DNA of 64,000 bases. Source: Octopus sinensis. Taxonomy: Eukaryota. The stretch lies in assembly GCF_006345805.1 (NCBI RefSeq), contig NC_043016.1:32302001-32366000 (forward strand). Direction: 5' to 3'. How positions within the stretch are numbered: position 1 is the stretch's first letter; every line of letters starts with the position of its first letter. Both the position numbers and the translations under genes were made by a program. This document shows positions 51,225-64,000 of this stretch, piece by piece. The notes under the pieces are model-generated. The model was not told where the DNA came from and did not search any database. It saw nothing but the letters and a program-made list of their open reading frames with translations.

Positions 51225-52146
51225 TGTGTGTGTATGTAACATATATATACACATACATATACATATACACATATATGTACATAGTATGCATGTATATGGA
51301 CACACATGCCAAAACACAATCACAGACACCACACAACACCACACACATATTGATGGGTGGAGGATGTTGCAGATGTAGTGTTTAACACCAGGTCAGTCCA
51401 TATTGAGCATACCTACGATCAAACAGATCAAGTATTGAAAGGTTCACCCTTCCCAACCCCCAAATGCAATGCTTAAATGTTTGTACTCGTTGAACTCCTC
51501 TGAAATCCAAATCTCCTCCTTTCCCTCCAGTTTTGTCTGTAACCATAAGAAGCACACTCTGTGCATAAGTAGGAAGGGTTCATCCGCTTATATGTAATAT
51601 CATCTTTTTATGTATACTAGTACTTAACTAAAGTTTACATGGTCTTTTCTAATAATATCCTGTACTAATTAATCTGCAACCACAACTTCCCTATCAGATA
51701 TATTTGCATCTGTATTTAATCGGGAAGGTGTATGTTTGTCTGGTATTTGGTGTCTGGCATCCATGCATCTGCCTCAATTACATTATTAAGAATTCACTAA
51801 ATCTGTCTTAAGAACATAACATTTAAAACGTTATCCATTATGTTTTCATTGATAAGTTATCTTATTCCATTCTTTTATTCTGTTCTTTTATTCCATTCTT
51901 TTATTCTGTTCTTTTCTGTTTTTTAATTCTTTTACTTTGTTCAACTCATTGCACTGTGGCCATGCTAGGGCTTTGTCTTGGTGGGTTCATTAAAAAAAAA
52001 CAAAAATATCAACTTCAGTACATATTTCTTAAGCTTAGGTGTTTATTCTGTCAGTTTCTTTTGCTGGACCGCATAGGGATGTATACAAACCAACACCGGT
52101 TGTTTAAGGAGTGGGTGTGAGGAAAGAAATACAAACACATGCACGC

Positions 52147-52187
<41 letters not shown>

Positions 52188-52986
52188 TATATGACAGGCT
52201 TCTTTCAGTTTCTATCTTCCAAATCCACTCACAAGGTTTCGGTTGACCCAAGGCTATAGTAGAAGACACTTACCTAAAACCACTCTTTCTGTCTTTCATG
52301 ACATCATAAGACAGTTTATAAATGCACATCATTCTGGGTTATCCAAAATGAGAATTCCTATGGCTAGGGGTCACCGAAGGAGCTATTTGCTTAAATCACA
52401 GATCATGTTTAATACCATATAAAAGCAGCCAGCACACTCTGTAAAATGGTTGGCACTAGGAAGAGCATCCAGCTATAGAAACCATTACCAAATCAGACTG
52501 GAGTCTGGTGCAGCTTACCAGCTCTGGTCAAAACACTATGCCAGCATTCTCAGCAATGCATTGTGTCCTTGAGCAAGACACTTTATTTTTCATGTTGCTC
52601 CAATTCACTTATCTAGCAAAAATGAGTTGTACATGTAAGTCAAAGGGCCAGTCTTGTTACATTCAGGGTCAATGCTGAATCTCCCTGAGAACTATGTCAA
52701 GGTTATGCATGTCTGTGGAGTGCTCAGCCACTTGAAAGGTTAATTTAATGAACAGGCCGTTCTGTTGATCAGATCAACTGGGACCCTCATTGGCATAAGT
52801 GACAAAGTGCCAGTTTTTTTGTTTTTTTTTAATGGCTGCAGGATTCATCCTGGGAAAAGTTCTTTAAAGATGTTGAATCTTAAAAAACACTTGATGTTCT
52901 AAAGGGACTTTTCCTCAAACAAATCCCACGGCCAGTATGTGCATAAACAAAACATATTATGTGATATTGGTAATGTATGTGTGTGT

Positions 52987-53022
<36 letters not shown>

Positions 53023-53263
53023 TTGTGTGTTTGCTTGCTTTTGTGTTTGTCCTTTTACCATTGCTTGACAACCAGTGTTGCTTTGTTTACATCCTCATAA
53101 CTTAGTGATTTGGAAAAAGAGACTGATAGAATAAGTATCAAAACTGAAACAAAAAAAAAAAGTACTAGTGTTTATTTGTTCAATTATTGAAATGAACAAA
53201 AGGTAATTAATTAAAGATAAGTTCAGATAAAAATTACAATAAAAATTGTAGATGACCGTGTTA

Positions 53264-53460
53264 CTCTCTTTACTCTTTTACTTGTTTCAGTCATTTGACT
53301 GCAGCCATGCTGGAGCACCGCCTTTAATCGAGCAACTCGACCCCCAGGACTTATTCTTTGTAAGCCCACTACTTATTCTATCGGTCTCTTTTGCCGAACC
53401 ACTAAGTGACGGGGACATAAACACAACAGCATCAGTTGTCAAGCAATGCTAGGGGGACAA

Positions 53461-53491
<31 letters not shown>

Positions 53492-53669
53492 CATACATAT
53501 ATATACATATATACGAAGGGCTTCTTTCAGTTTCCACCTACCAAATCCACTCACAAGGCTTTGGTCGGCCCGAGGCTATAGTAGAAGACACTTGCCCAAG
53601 GTGCCACACAGTGGGACTGAACCCGGAACCATGTGGTTGGTAAGCAAGCTACTTACCACACAGCCACTC
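53264..53669 (-). mobile_element. Full-length SINE family A
   Basis: Reverse complement of the element at 37941-38323. Confidence 0.85.
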
Positions 53670-53724
53670 ATTTTTTAACCAATGCAGAGCAGGGACCAGA
53701 ACCAAACAGTCTTTGCTGTGTTAA

Positions 53725-53937
53725 TCCTTTAGCATTTGGATTACTCTGTCACATATAATCTTTATTCATTCACAAATTAATCATGTATTATCTTGTAGCT
53801 TTGAGATTTTGATGATGTGATTGTTTATTTTTAGAATGACATTGCAGGGTAGGTGTGAGAGGCTGGATTTGGATGGTTTGAACAGAGAGCAGGTAGATTA
53901 ATTGAGTTGGATAAGACTAGTTTAAATGCTAAAAGGT
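53725..53937 (+). mobile_element. piggyBac-type MITE (same family as 24908-25114)
   Basis: TTAA|TCCTTTAGCATT...AATGCTAAAAGGT|TTAA. Confidence 0.7.
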
Positions 53938-54479
53938 TTAACTATTTCATTAGATACATAATCATTAAGAAGTATATAATAGACATCGTTAAATCCAAAT
54001 TGATATCAAGAAAAGTATAAATTGCTGGGTTTTTTTCCTCAAAATATGTTTTACTTTAATTTTTTTTTTGTTTTTTTTACTTCCTTAGAAATAAATTTAT
54101 TCTTGTTTTAGAGCAAAGATAAAAGAAAAAAAATACTATATTAGAATTCCTGAAATTGTACAATTCTGTTCCTCAATTTTCTTAATGCCAAATTAGATGC
54201 CATTATAGTTCATTATTTACATTATTTACATCCGTTGAATGTAAATAATGTAAATAATTTCTCATCTCTCAAATATAGAACTGTCATTATAGTTGTTTAC
54301 TCTCAATATTTCAAATGGCTTTTTCTGCATCATTACTACTGCTGCTGCTGTTGCTGTTGTTGTTGTTGTTGTTGTTGTTGTTGCTGTTGTTGCCGCCATC
54401 GTCGTCGTCATTGTTGAGGCCCAAGTCAACCTTGCTCAAACAGAGATATGTTAATGCTGGCATTATTCTTGTAGTTCTA

Positions 54480-55150
54480 AGATAGTGGGCTTGCAGAAAC
54501 ATCAGTATGCCAGGTAAAATGTTTAGCAGCATTTTGTCTGTCTCTACATTTCTGAATTTTAAATTCTACTGAGGTTGACTTTGCCTTTCAGCTATCCTTT
54601 CAGGGTTGATAAACTAAGTACCAGTTGCATACTAGGGTCAACCTAGTCAACCCTCCTCTAAAATTTCTATAGGCTTTGTGCCTATAGTAGAAAGGATTAT
54701 TTTTGTATTATTAGGTGGTTAGCTGGTAGAATAGTTAGCATGCTGGGAAAAATGCTTTGTGGCATTTCATCCATCTTTACATTCTGAGATCAAATTCTGC
54801 TGATGTCGACTTTGCCTTTCATCCTTCTGGGGTCAATAAAATTAGTACCAGTTGCATACTGGGGTCCAATGTAATTGACTTATCTCCTTCCCTGAAATTC
54901 CTGGCCTTGTTTCTAAAATTTGGAAACATTATTCTTGTAGTAAGCTGGCAGAATTATTACCAAGCTGGACAAAATGCTTATAAGCATCCTAAGTTCTACA
55001 TTCTGAGTTCAAATCCTGCTAAGGTTGACTTTGGATTTCATTCCTTTGGGGGTTGATAAAATAAGTACCAGTTGAGCACTGAGGTTGATGTAAGTGACTA
55101 ACCCCCTCCCCTAAAAAGTTTCTAGCCTTATGTCTATAGTAGAAAGGAGT
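54480..55150 (+). mobile_element. Head-to-tail array of three decayed SINE D copies (~225-bp period)
   Basis: Repeated CTGGCAGAA head, GACTTTGCCTTTCA body and GTAGAAAGG tail. Confidence 0.7.
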
Positions 55151-56229
55151 ATTCTAGTAGTGAGATGTGGGTCAAAGTGGTGAGAAAGGATCTTCAGATG
55201 TTGGGCCTCATAGAGGCAATAACAGGGGACCATGACTTTTGGCTGCTTGCTGTGCATGAGAAAATTTGAGAAGCTAAGGAAAATCATGCTTGTCCTTGCA
55301 TACAGGTATGTCCCCTGCATCCCTCTTCAGCTGAGCATTCCTAATCTTGCAGTTTTGTAGGTGTTGACACCACATTAAAAGTGTCTGTACTGGTGCCATG
55401 TAAAAAGCACCAAGAACACTCTGTAGAGTGGTTGGCATTAGGAAGGGCATCCAGCCGTAGAAACTATGCCAATGAGACGTGGAGCCCATGGATAAAGCGC
55501 TTCAGCTGGGCAGCTTTATCAAACCTTCCGACTCATGCCAGCATGGAAAACAGACATTAAATGATAATGATGAGGATGAAGAGCTGGTAGAACCATGAGC
55601 ATGCCATACAAAATGCTCACTTATTCTTTACATTCTGAATTTAAATCCCACCATGGTCAACTTTACCTTTCAGGGTTGATAAGATAAAGTACCTGTCATG
55701 TATGGAGGTTAATGTAATCAATTAAACTCCACCTCTAAAAATGTTGGCTTTGTAGCAAAATTTTAAACCATTATTCTAATAGTGACAAAGCTGTCATTAT
55801 TTTAGATATAATTAAGATGGTGAGCTGGCAGAATCGTTAGTATACTGGATGAAATGCTTAGTAGTATTTTGTCTGTCTTTACGTTCTGAGTTCAGATTCC
55901 ACTAAGGTCAACTTTGCCTTTCATTCTTTCAGGGTCAATGAAATAAATACTGGATGGCCCTGGGGTCGATGTAATTGATTTACCCACTCACCCTCAAAAA
56001 CTGTTAGCCCTGTGCCAAAATTTGCATGGCTGATGCCAGTCTCATGTAACCGGCACTCATGCCAGTGGCATATAAAAAGCACCTATTTACACTCTAGCAG
56101 TGGTCGGTGTTAGGGAGGACATCCAGCTGTAGGAACCATGTCAAATCAGAGTGGAACTTGGTACAGCTCTCCAGCCTTACCAGTTTCGGTCAAACTATCT
56201 AAGCCATGCCAGCATGGAAAGCAGAAGCT

Positions 56230-56500
56230 AAATAATGATGATGATGGCGAAGACAATGATGATGGGGATGGTGATGGTGGTGATGATGATGATGATGATG
56301 ACGACGATGAAGGCAACGATGATGATGATGACAGTGATGATGACGATGGCAAAGACAGTGATGATGATGATGATGGTGGTGATGGTGATGATGATGATGA
56401 CAGTGGTGGTGGCAACGACAACAACGATGATGATGATAATGATGACAACGACGATGATGAAGACAACGATGATAATGATGATGATGATGATGATGACTTA
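56230..56500. repeat. Expanded (GAT)n tail of an RTE 3' fragment
   Basis: Follows GCCAGCATGGAAAGCAGAAGCTAAATAATG and explains the poly-D ORF. Confidence 0.85.
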
Positions 56501-56892
56501 GTGTGTCTAGGTGCACACCATTTAATGTGGCCTTCCATTTCCTTTAAAGATGATTGAATGTGATATGAGGCTGATTTGGCTGCTAATTCTACCAGGTCGA
56601 AAGACCATACAGAACCTTTCACATTGTCTTATTGCAATTTTTCCTTTTGTTGTTGCGCAACTCAAGGTCTTCACAGATCAAGCAGACTTATGGTAACAGA
56701 CATTCCAACCTTCATCATTCCATTTTTTAGGAGTGGCTGTGTGGTAAGTAGCTTGCTTACCAACCACATGGTCCCGGGTTCAGTCCACTGTGTGGCACCT
56801 TGGGCAAGTGTCTTCTGTACACATCCTTGGCCTGACCAAAGCCTTGTGAGTGGATTTGGTGGACGGATACTGAAAGAAGCCCATCATATATA

Positions 56893-56947
<55 letters not shown>

Positions 56948-58817
56948 ATGTGTGTGTATATGTTTGTGTGTCTGTTTGTCCACCCAGCATCACTTGACAA
57001 CCAATGCTGGTATGTTTATATCCCCGTAACTTAGAGGTTCGGCAAAAGAGACCAATAGAATAAGTACTAGGCTTACAAAGAATAAGTCCTGGAGTCTATT
57101 TGCTCAACTATAAAGGTGGTGCTCCAGCATGGCTGCAGTCAAATGATTGAAACAAGTAAAAGAATAAGAGTATATAGGAAACCCTAGATCGCATTATGCA
57201 GTGCGTTCTGTTCTAAGAGGAGATTTAACTGTTATTTCTAGTAAATTGTGTGACTCTGAAGCAGCTTCCTTTTTGGGTCGTATCTGTTCCAATCACATGA
57301 GCCAATAATCATTTTCCTCATGGTCAGTGCATTTTGATGAAGTAGATTTTGAAACTATCAATCAGGTAACCTGTTTTAGAAATTCTGCAAGGAGGAAATT
57401 GTTTGGCATCTGCTCTTTGACATCAATTGCTGGTTTTTATTCAAGGTTTTTTGTAAGGTTACATTTAGATGTTATATATTTTCAATGAAAGATCCCATCG
57501 TTTTGATCTGTTTATAAAAGGCATTGCAGCAATATTGGTTACTGATATGCTATTTGAAAAGTTGCTGATGCCACCATTTCTTCAGTGCCAAGTGTGTTTG
57601 GAAATCTCTGTCATGTATTCTAAAGAATACACGACAGAGATTTCTTTAAAAGAGATGTTGGTGACTTTCTAAACTGTTTTCAATTAGTCTTATATTAAAT
57701 ATATAATTAAATGATCAACCAAACAGAAAAATAACCACATCATCAATGGCCATGCAAAGGAAGCCAGCAAAAGGAGCCTCTGTATGATCATTCCACTTGC
57801 TAGAAATTGTAGCCAAATCTCTCTCAAGGCCTTATTGCCTTAAAAGACGAAAGGCATATTAGATAAAATTGTCCAAGATACATTGCACCTGGATAAAACT
57901 CATGATAGTCATGGCCACAATAATTTTGGTCATAAATCTGCCTGGGCATGGCAAACTTTGGGCTAAGCAGCTGCAATAACTCTGTTGATGAAGGAAGTCT
58001 ACAGTGGAACTTCTAAGTGATTGCTTAATTCTAGAAATAGCAACCAAATCACACTCTACCATCTGTAAAAAGAAAGAATTCATTTGATTATACAGTTCCA
58101 AATATGCTATATTTCTCTTTTGTTTTTTGCTTGTTTCAGTCATTGGACTGAGGCCATGCTGGGGCACCACCTTGAAGAATTTTTAGTCAATTGAATTGAA
58201 CCCAGTACTTTTTTTTAAAAGTCTGGTACTTTAAAAAAACTTAGCAGTTTGGCTCTTTAGCCAAACTGCTAAGTTGTGTGTGTGTATGGGGGGGAGCATA
58301 AGCACACCAACACTGGTTGTCATGTGGAGGTGGGGAACACACACACACATGCCATTGTTTTTCCTGTGTCGTCTCCCTTTCTTATTACTCAAAAGTAACC
58401 AGAAACATTCTCTGTGGGACAAGGCCATTGTAATTCAGTCCTCTACCACTGGAAGCCACTTGATGCAATCCTTAGGCATCAGTCTGCTGATTGGCTGCAT
58501 TGGGTGAAATTGTACTGTCACATGGTTCATCTTTGTTTTACACTGTTTGTCCCCTGTTTGTCAAATTTTGAAAGTGTGCTTACAAAGAATAAGTCCTGGG
58601 GTAGATTTGCTTGACTAAAAGCGGTGCTCCAGCATGGCCACGGTCAAATGACAGAAACAAGTAAAAGAATAAAAGAAAGAATAAATACATACATATATAT
58701 GTGTATGTGTATGCATATGTTCATGTATATATACAATCTATATATATATACACACATATATACAAATATATATACACACACACATATATATACATAATAT
58801 ATATTTATAATATATAT

Positions 58818-58876
<59 letters not shown>

Positions 58877-59860
58877 TATATGTATATATATATACATATA
58901 TATCCCTCCTCTCTCTTTCGGAGAGGCACTGAGCAGCTATACGCACACATACACCACGGCAGAGTAACTTCCACCTACCGAATTCAATCACAAAGCTCCG
59001 GTCGGCTCGGGGCTATAGTGGAAGGACACCAACCCAAAGTGCCACGCAGTGGACTGAACCCGCAACCATGTAGCTAGGAAGCAAGCTACCTAACCACACA
59101 GCTATGCCCGCGCCTACATATATACACACACACACACAACACACACACACACACACACAACACACAACAACACAACACATATATATATGTATATACATGT
59201 GTATATACCTACACACATACACACACACGTTCTGTTTGCATAAAACACAAGAGGTAGATCATAGGTTTCTGCAATCAGAGCCGACAAAGTGCTGATAAAC
59301 AACAACAACAACATCAACTCTTAGGTGGGATTTTAGGACTTTGTATAGTTTCGTTTGATTGTTTTTTTTACTTGGTCATGACACCTTGATTAATTAAATG
59401 GTGTACAGAAGTAATTATCCAATTTTATAACCCTAATACCCAGTATGTTGAATTGAGCACACTAAATTTTTTATTTCTGTACTTTTAAGAATATCTCTAC
59501 ACTATATCTTCATGTTTATGCATAGGCAACAACTGACTTGATGACAGGAATTTTGCCAGAAGTGTGTAGAAAAATCTGTCCACTCTGGTGAGTATTCAGT
59601 GAACTGGAAAAAATTGAGTAAAAGATCATTTTAACCTCAGGCAACCTAGTGTAGGCAGCCTTCCGCTGCTTTTTCTAGAAAGAAAGAAAAAAATTGGAGA
59701 AAAATTTATTTCCATCTGTTGTAAAGTATTGTTTATCTGTGTGTACAGCATGCGTGTGTGTATTTGTGTGTATGTGTGTATTGTGTGATTGACTGCATGT
59801 GTATGTGTATATATAGAGTGTGTGTATGTGTATATATATATATATTATTATAATATACTA

Positions 59861-59917
<57 letters not shown>

Positions 59918-60114
59918 AACAAATTCAAGGGTAAAAATTATAAAAAATAATCTATATCAGTGGTTAGCATGCGTAAAAAAAAGTCAGGAGACATAAATAA
60001 TAATATATATGAGTGTATAAAAAATATACACTGCCATGTAAGAAGTCGACATAGTGTCTTCTCCGTGTATAAATTTTATACACTTACATATATATATATA
60101 TATATATATTATAT

Positions 60115-60146
<32 letters not shown>

Positions 60147-62082
60147 GTATGTAAACAAATTCAGGGTAAAAATTATTAAAAATAATCTATATCAGTGGAG
60201 CATGCGTAAAAAAAAGTCAGGACACATAAATAATAATATATATGAGTGTATAAAAATATATATACTGCCATGTAAGAAGTCGACATAGTGTCTTCTCCGT
60301 GTATAAATTTTTACACATATATATATATATATATATATGTATACATGTATGTGTGTGTGTTTAAGTGAATAAGTTTGAGTTTTATGTGCTTATGAAATTT
60401 ACTATTTATTTGTGGTATGTATAGGAGTGATTTGAAAACTAAATCTTGGATTGAACTTGCTTAGCAGTTCACTTCCTCATCATAACATGTAGTACTTCTC
60501 ATCTCACTTTGGTAATGATCAAACATATCACATAAGAACAAGAAGCCAGAGATATTTAGAAGTAATAAAGCGGGAAGATATGATGCTGATGTATATCATA
60601 GTGAAGAGGTGTATTGTCACATGTGAAGTAGGAGAGTTAAGCAGGAATTAAAACCGAGCCACAGATTCAGTTGATTGGAAGCTTATGCTTACCTTCTGTT
60701 GCAGTAATGGCAACCATAAGATATGCATGTCAGCAGTAACATTGCTGTATGTGTTGTTGTTGTTGTTGTCGTTGTTGTTGTTTAATGTTTGTGGAGAATG
60801 AAAATATCTTTCTAGGACTGTGTTTCAAAATGATAAGTACCATACATACAAGCAATTAACAGAAGCTTTATTTACTGCATATGGTGTTTTCTGTTTTGGA
60901 AAAATAACAATGAAAATTTCTGTAGCTGTGTGCTAAGAAGATTACTTCCGAACCACACGGTTAAGGGTTCAGTCCCACTGCATAGCACCTTGGGCAAGTG
61001 TCTTCTACTGTAGCCTTGGGCGGAATGCCTTGTGAGTGGACTTGGTTGATGGAAACTGAAAGAAGCCCATCATATATCTTATCTTATATATAATAAAGCA
61101 GAAGATGTGTGTGTGTGTGTGTGTACAGGCCTTTTTTTTTTGATTTCCCTTAAAATCAATATTTTTCATCTGATTTCATTCATGTTGGGAACATACATCA
61201 CTTGTGTTCCAGAGATGGTCATAGACTCTTCAAATTTTCTACATAGTTAGTAATGCCACCCCTAGGAGAAGAAAACACCTTTTCATAAGTAAATAACAAA
61301 TGCTAATGATTGTTGCTTCAAGAGACATTACTCTTAATGATGTAGTTATGCTACTTTCACTTCATCTTCTATTACAGTTTTTACAATGCCCATTCACTGT
61401 GTGTGTGTGTGTGTATCTTTATGTCTGTTTCCCGCAACCACTTGACAACTGCTGTTGGTGTATTTACATTCCTGTAACTTAGTTGTTCAGCCAAAGAGAC
61501 TGATAGAATAAGTATTGAACACTGGGATCAATTTGTTTGACTAAAATTGTTCAAGGCAGTACCCCAGCATGGCCGCAGTCTAATGACTGAAACAAATGAA
61601 AGAAAAGATAAAAGAAGGGGTTAAGTTGATTACATTCACCCCCAGTATTCAACTGGTACTTATTTTATTGTTGACTTCAAATAGATGAAAGGTTAAGATG
61701 ACCTCAGTAGAATTTAAACTCAGAACATGAAGATGGACAAAATGCTTGCTAAGCATTTTTCCAGGCACAGAAATGATTCTGCCAGCTCACCAAAGATGAA
61801 CGAAGTGCTTTATTTTATCAACCCTTAAAGGATGAAAGATAAAGTGTACCTAGGCGGGATTTGAACTCTGAATGTGAAGTGTGTCATATAAGGAAATACT
61901 TGCATGACGTTTTGGTTCCAGCACTCCAAGATTCTGTTAATCCATTCTGCCACCACAGCCAGTGTTACTCATTTATATAATAATAGTTTCCACTTTTGGC
62001 ACAAGAGTCGGAAGTAAGTCGATTACATCACGACCCCTGCCACTCCAACTCCCTCAGTGTTCAACTGGTACTTATTTTATTG

Positions 62083-62182
62083 NNNNNNNNNNNNNNNNNN
62101 NNNNNNNNNNNNNNNNNNNNNNNNNNNNNNNNNNNNNNNNNNNNNNNNNNNNNNNNNNNNNNNNNNNNNNNNNNNNNNNNNN
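62083..62182. other. Assembly gap (100 N)
   Basis: A run of exactly 100 N. The true distance and orientation across it are unknown. Confidence 0.99.
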
Positions 62183-62438
62183 CTAATATATAAATGAAAT
62201 GACCATCCTGAAATACAACAATACACACACCATACACACACCACACACACATATTATCAATTTACACACACACATACCTAAAATATGTGGTGATCTAAAT
62301 CTATCTATTTTACAGCTTCTACTCTAATATATACGTATGAGTATTTCCATTTCAATATATTATATTTTATTCTATTTTACGAAGCGATAATCAAATATAT
62401 CCTAAGAGCGTTTCTTCAATATATGTTGTTTTCAATAG

Positions 62439-62500
62439 CTGCTGCATGCACTAAGCTGAATGGAATAGTGATGATATATAGCTTTAGGCAATTTGGATAT
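62439..62500 (+). CDS. Weak candidate 62-nt exon, product unknown
   Basis: Acceptor gttgttttcaatag| and consensus donor |gtaagt, with one open frame (AACTKLNGIVMIYSFRQFGY) in unique sequence. Confidence 0.3.
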
Positions 62501-64000
62501 GTAAGTACTGTCAGACTGAATAATGCTTAAGTTTACAAAATATGCATGCCTGAAATAGCTGAATCTTTAGTATAATGGTTAAAAATGTGGTTATTGAAAA
62601 TAAATGACCAAGTTGAAGTAATTTGACTGCTGTTGCTCAGAAAATGGGTTAATGAAAATGTGTCAGTCTAATTTATCCCTGTTGATTCCAACGCACCCAA
62701 GACTACTTTTCTAGTTCTTTATTTAATATGGGGAAAAAAAAAAAATCCTAAATGGTTTATAGCGTTCAAAATTTTCTGTTAAGAAACTTTTGTTGCATTT
62801 CAGTCACCGACTTAATATAAATGTTCGTTTTTATTAGTTAAAAAAAAGCTTGAGGTTTTATGGGGAGAGGGGAAAAAAAAAAAAAGCCGGATATTCTCCG
62901 AATTCATGACATAAAGAGAGAGAGAGAGTGGTGCTGAGGATATCATTTGCTGGTCTTAATAGCAATGCTATTGCCTCCTCTTGGTTGCGGTGCTTATATG
63001 AGATAAGTTCTTCAATGTAGAGTTTGTTTCTTTGTTGCTTTTTTTATGTCTTTTTTTTTGTTTTTGCTGTGTACTTGTTTTTTGTGAAATGAAATATTTA
63101 ATATATATGTATATATTTGTGTGTGTGTGTGTGTATATATATATAGTTGCAAGCATGGCTGTGTGGCTAAGAACTTTGCTTCCTAACCTCAATGTTTCCA
63201 GTTTAATTTCACTGGACAATTGTCTTCCATAGCCTCAGGTTAATCAGTGTTTTGTGAATGAAATTTGGTTGATGGAAAAAGCAGGCACAAAAATGCTGCA
63301 TCATGAGGAGGGGGAGGAGGAACGTGGTTGTGGTTGTGGGGTGGGGGTGGGGGTGAAGACAGTATGTATGTTTTAAAACTTAATTGCTGTTAAAGCAACT
63401 GTGTATTTTGGTAAGAGTTAACAAATAACAAGATAATTAGTGAATGAATGAAATGAGTGAGTTGGATGGTCATTTTCAAGAAAGGCATCCAGCTGTTAAA
63501 AAGATGTATATAACACAGTGTTTAAGAAGTCGTTCGTATGTAATAATTCCAAAAAAAAACGTTTTTCTGGCCATGTGCACCTTGGAGAAGGTTAAACAAT
63601 TGGCAAAAAATCCCCAAAAAAACTCTCGCTGAAATTTACGAATATGGCCAATACTGATATCATATTCTTTGAAACATCAAAAAAGAAAATCGAGTGTTTA
63701 ATGAATCATCATCATCATCATCATCATCATTGACATCATCATCATCATCATCATCATTGTCATCATCATCATCATCATCATCCTCATCATTATCATCATC
63801 ATTATCAACATCATCATCATCATCATCATTATCATTGTCATCATCATCACCATTGTCGTTGTCATCATCATCATCATCATCGTCGTCGTCGTCGTCGTCG
63901 TCGTCATTATCATTGTCATCGTTTAACGTCTGCTTTCCATGCTGGCATGGATTGGAATGTTGTTGTTATTGTTTTCTTTATCATTGCTGTTGTAATTATT

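Overview
This is eukaryotic, AT-rich, microsatellite-saturated DNA, most likely from an octopus or other coleoid cephalopod. That assignment is inferred from the SINE and RTE-LINE families and the (TA)n/(CA)n/(TAA)n/(GAT)n density. I could not identify any intact host gene. Nearly all ORFs in the supplied track are microsatellite artefacts, and only two weak candidate exons are offered. The window is a mosaic of mobile DNA. It holds a 3.1-kb 5'-truncated RTE-clade LINE with a PHD finger inside its RT region, a CR1/L2-group LINE fragment, several restriction-like-endonuclease LINE ends (Dong/R4-like, within (TAA)n), and a mariner remnant. It also holds four non-autonomous Helitrons, TTAA-specific piggyBac-type MITEs, at least four tRNA-derived SINE families (some in head-to-tail arrays), many long inverted repeats, several tandem duplications and one 100-N gap. 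The most notable observation is a retrozyme-like element at 9149-9944: two ~300-bp direct repeats that each fold into a complete type I hammerhead ribozyme 493 nt apart. Further minimal or decayed hammerheads of the Penelope-like type occur at ~4.0, 14.0 and 16.3 kb. All folds and alignments were done by eye and need computational and experimental confirmation.
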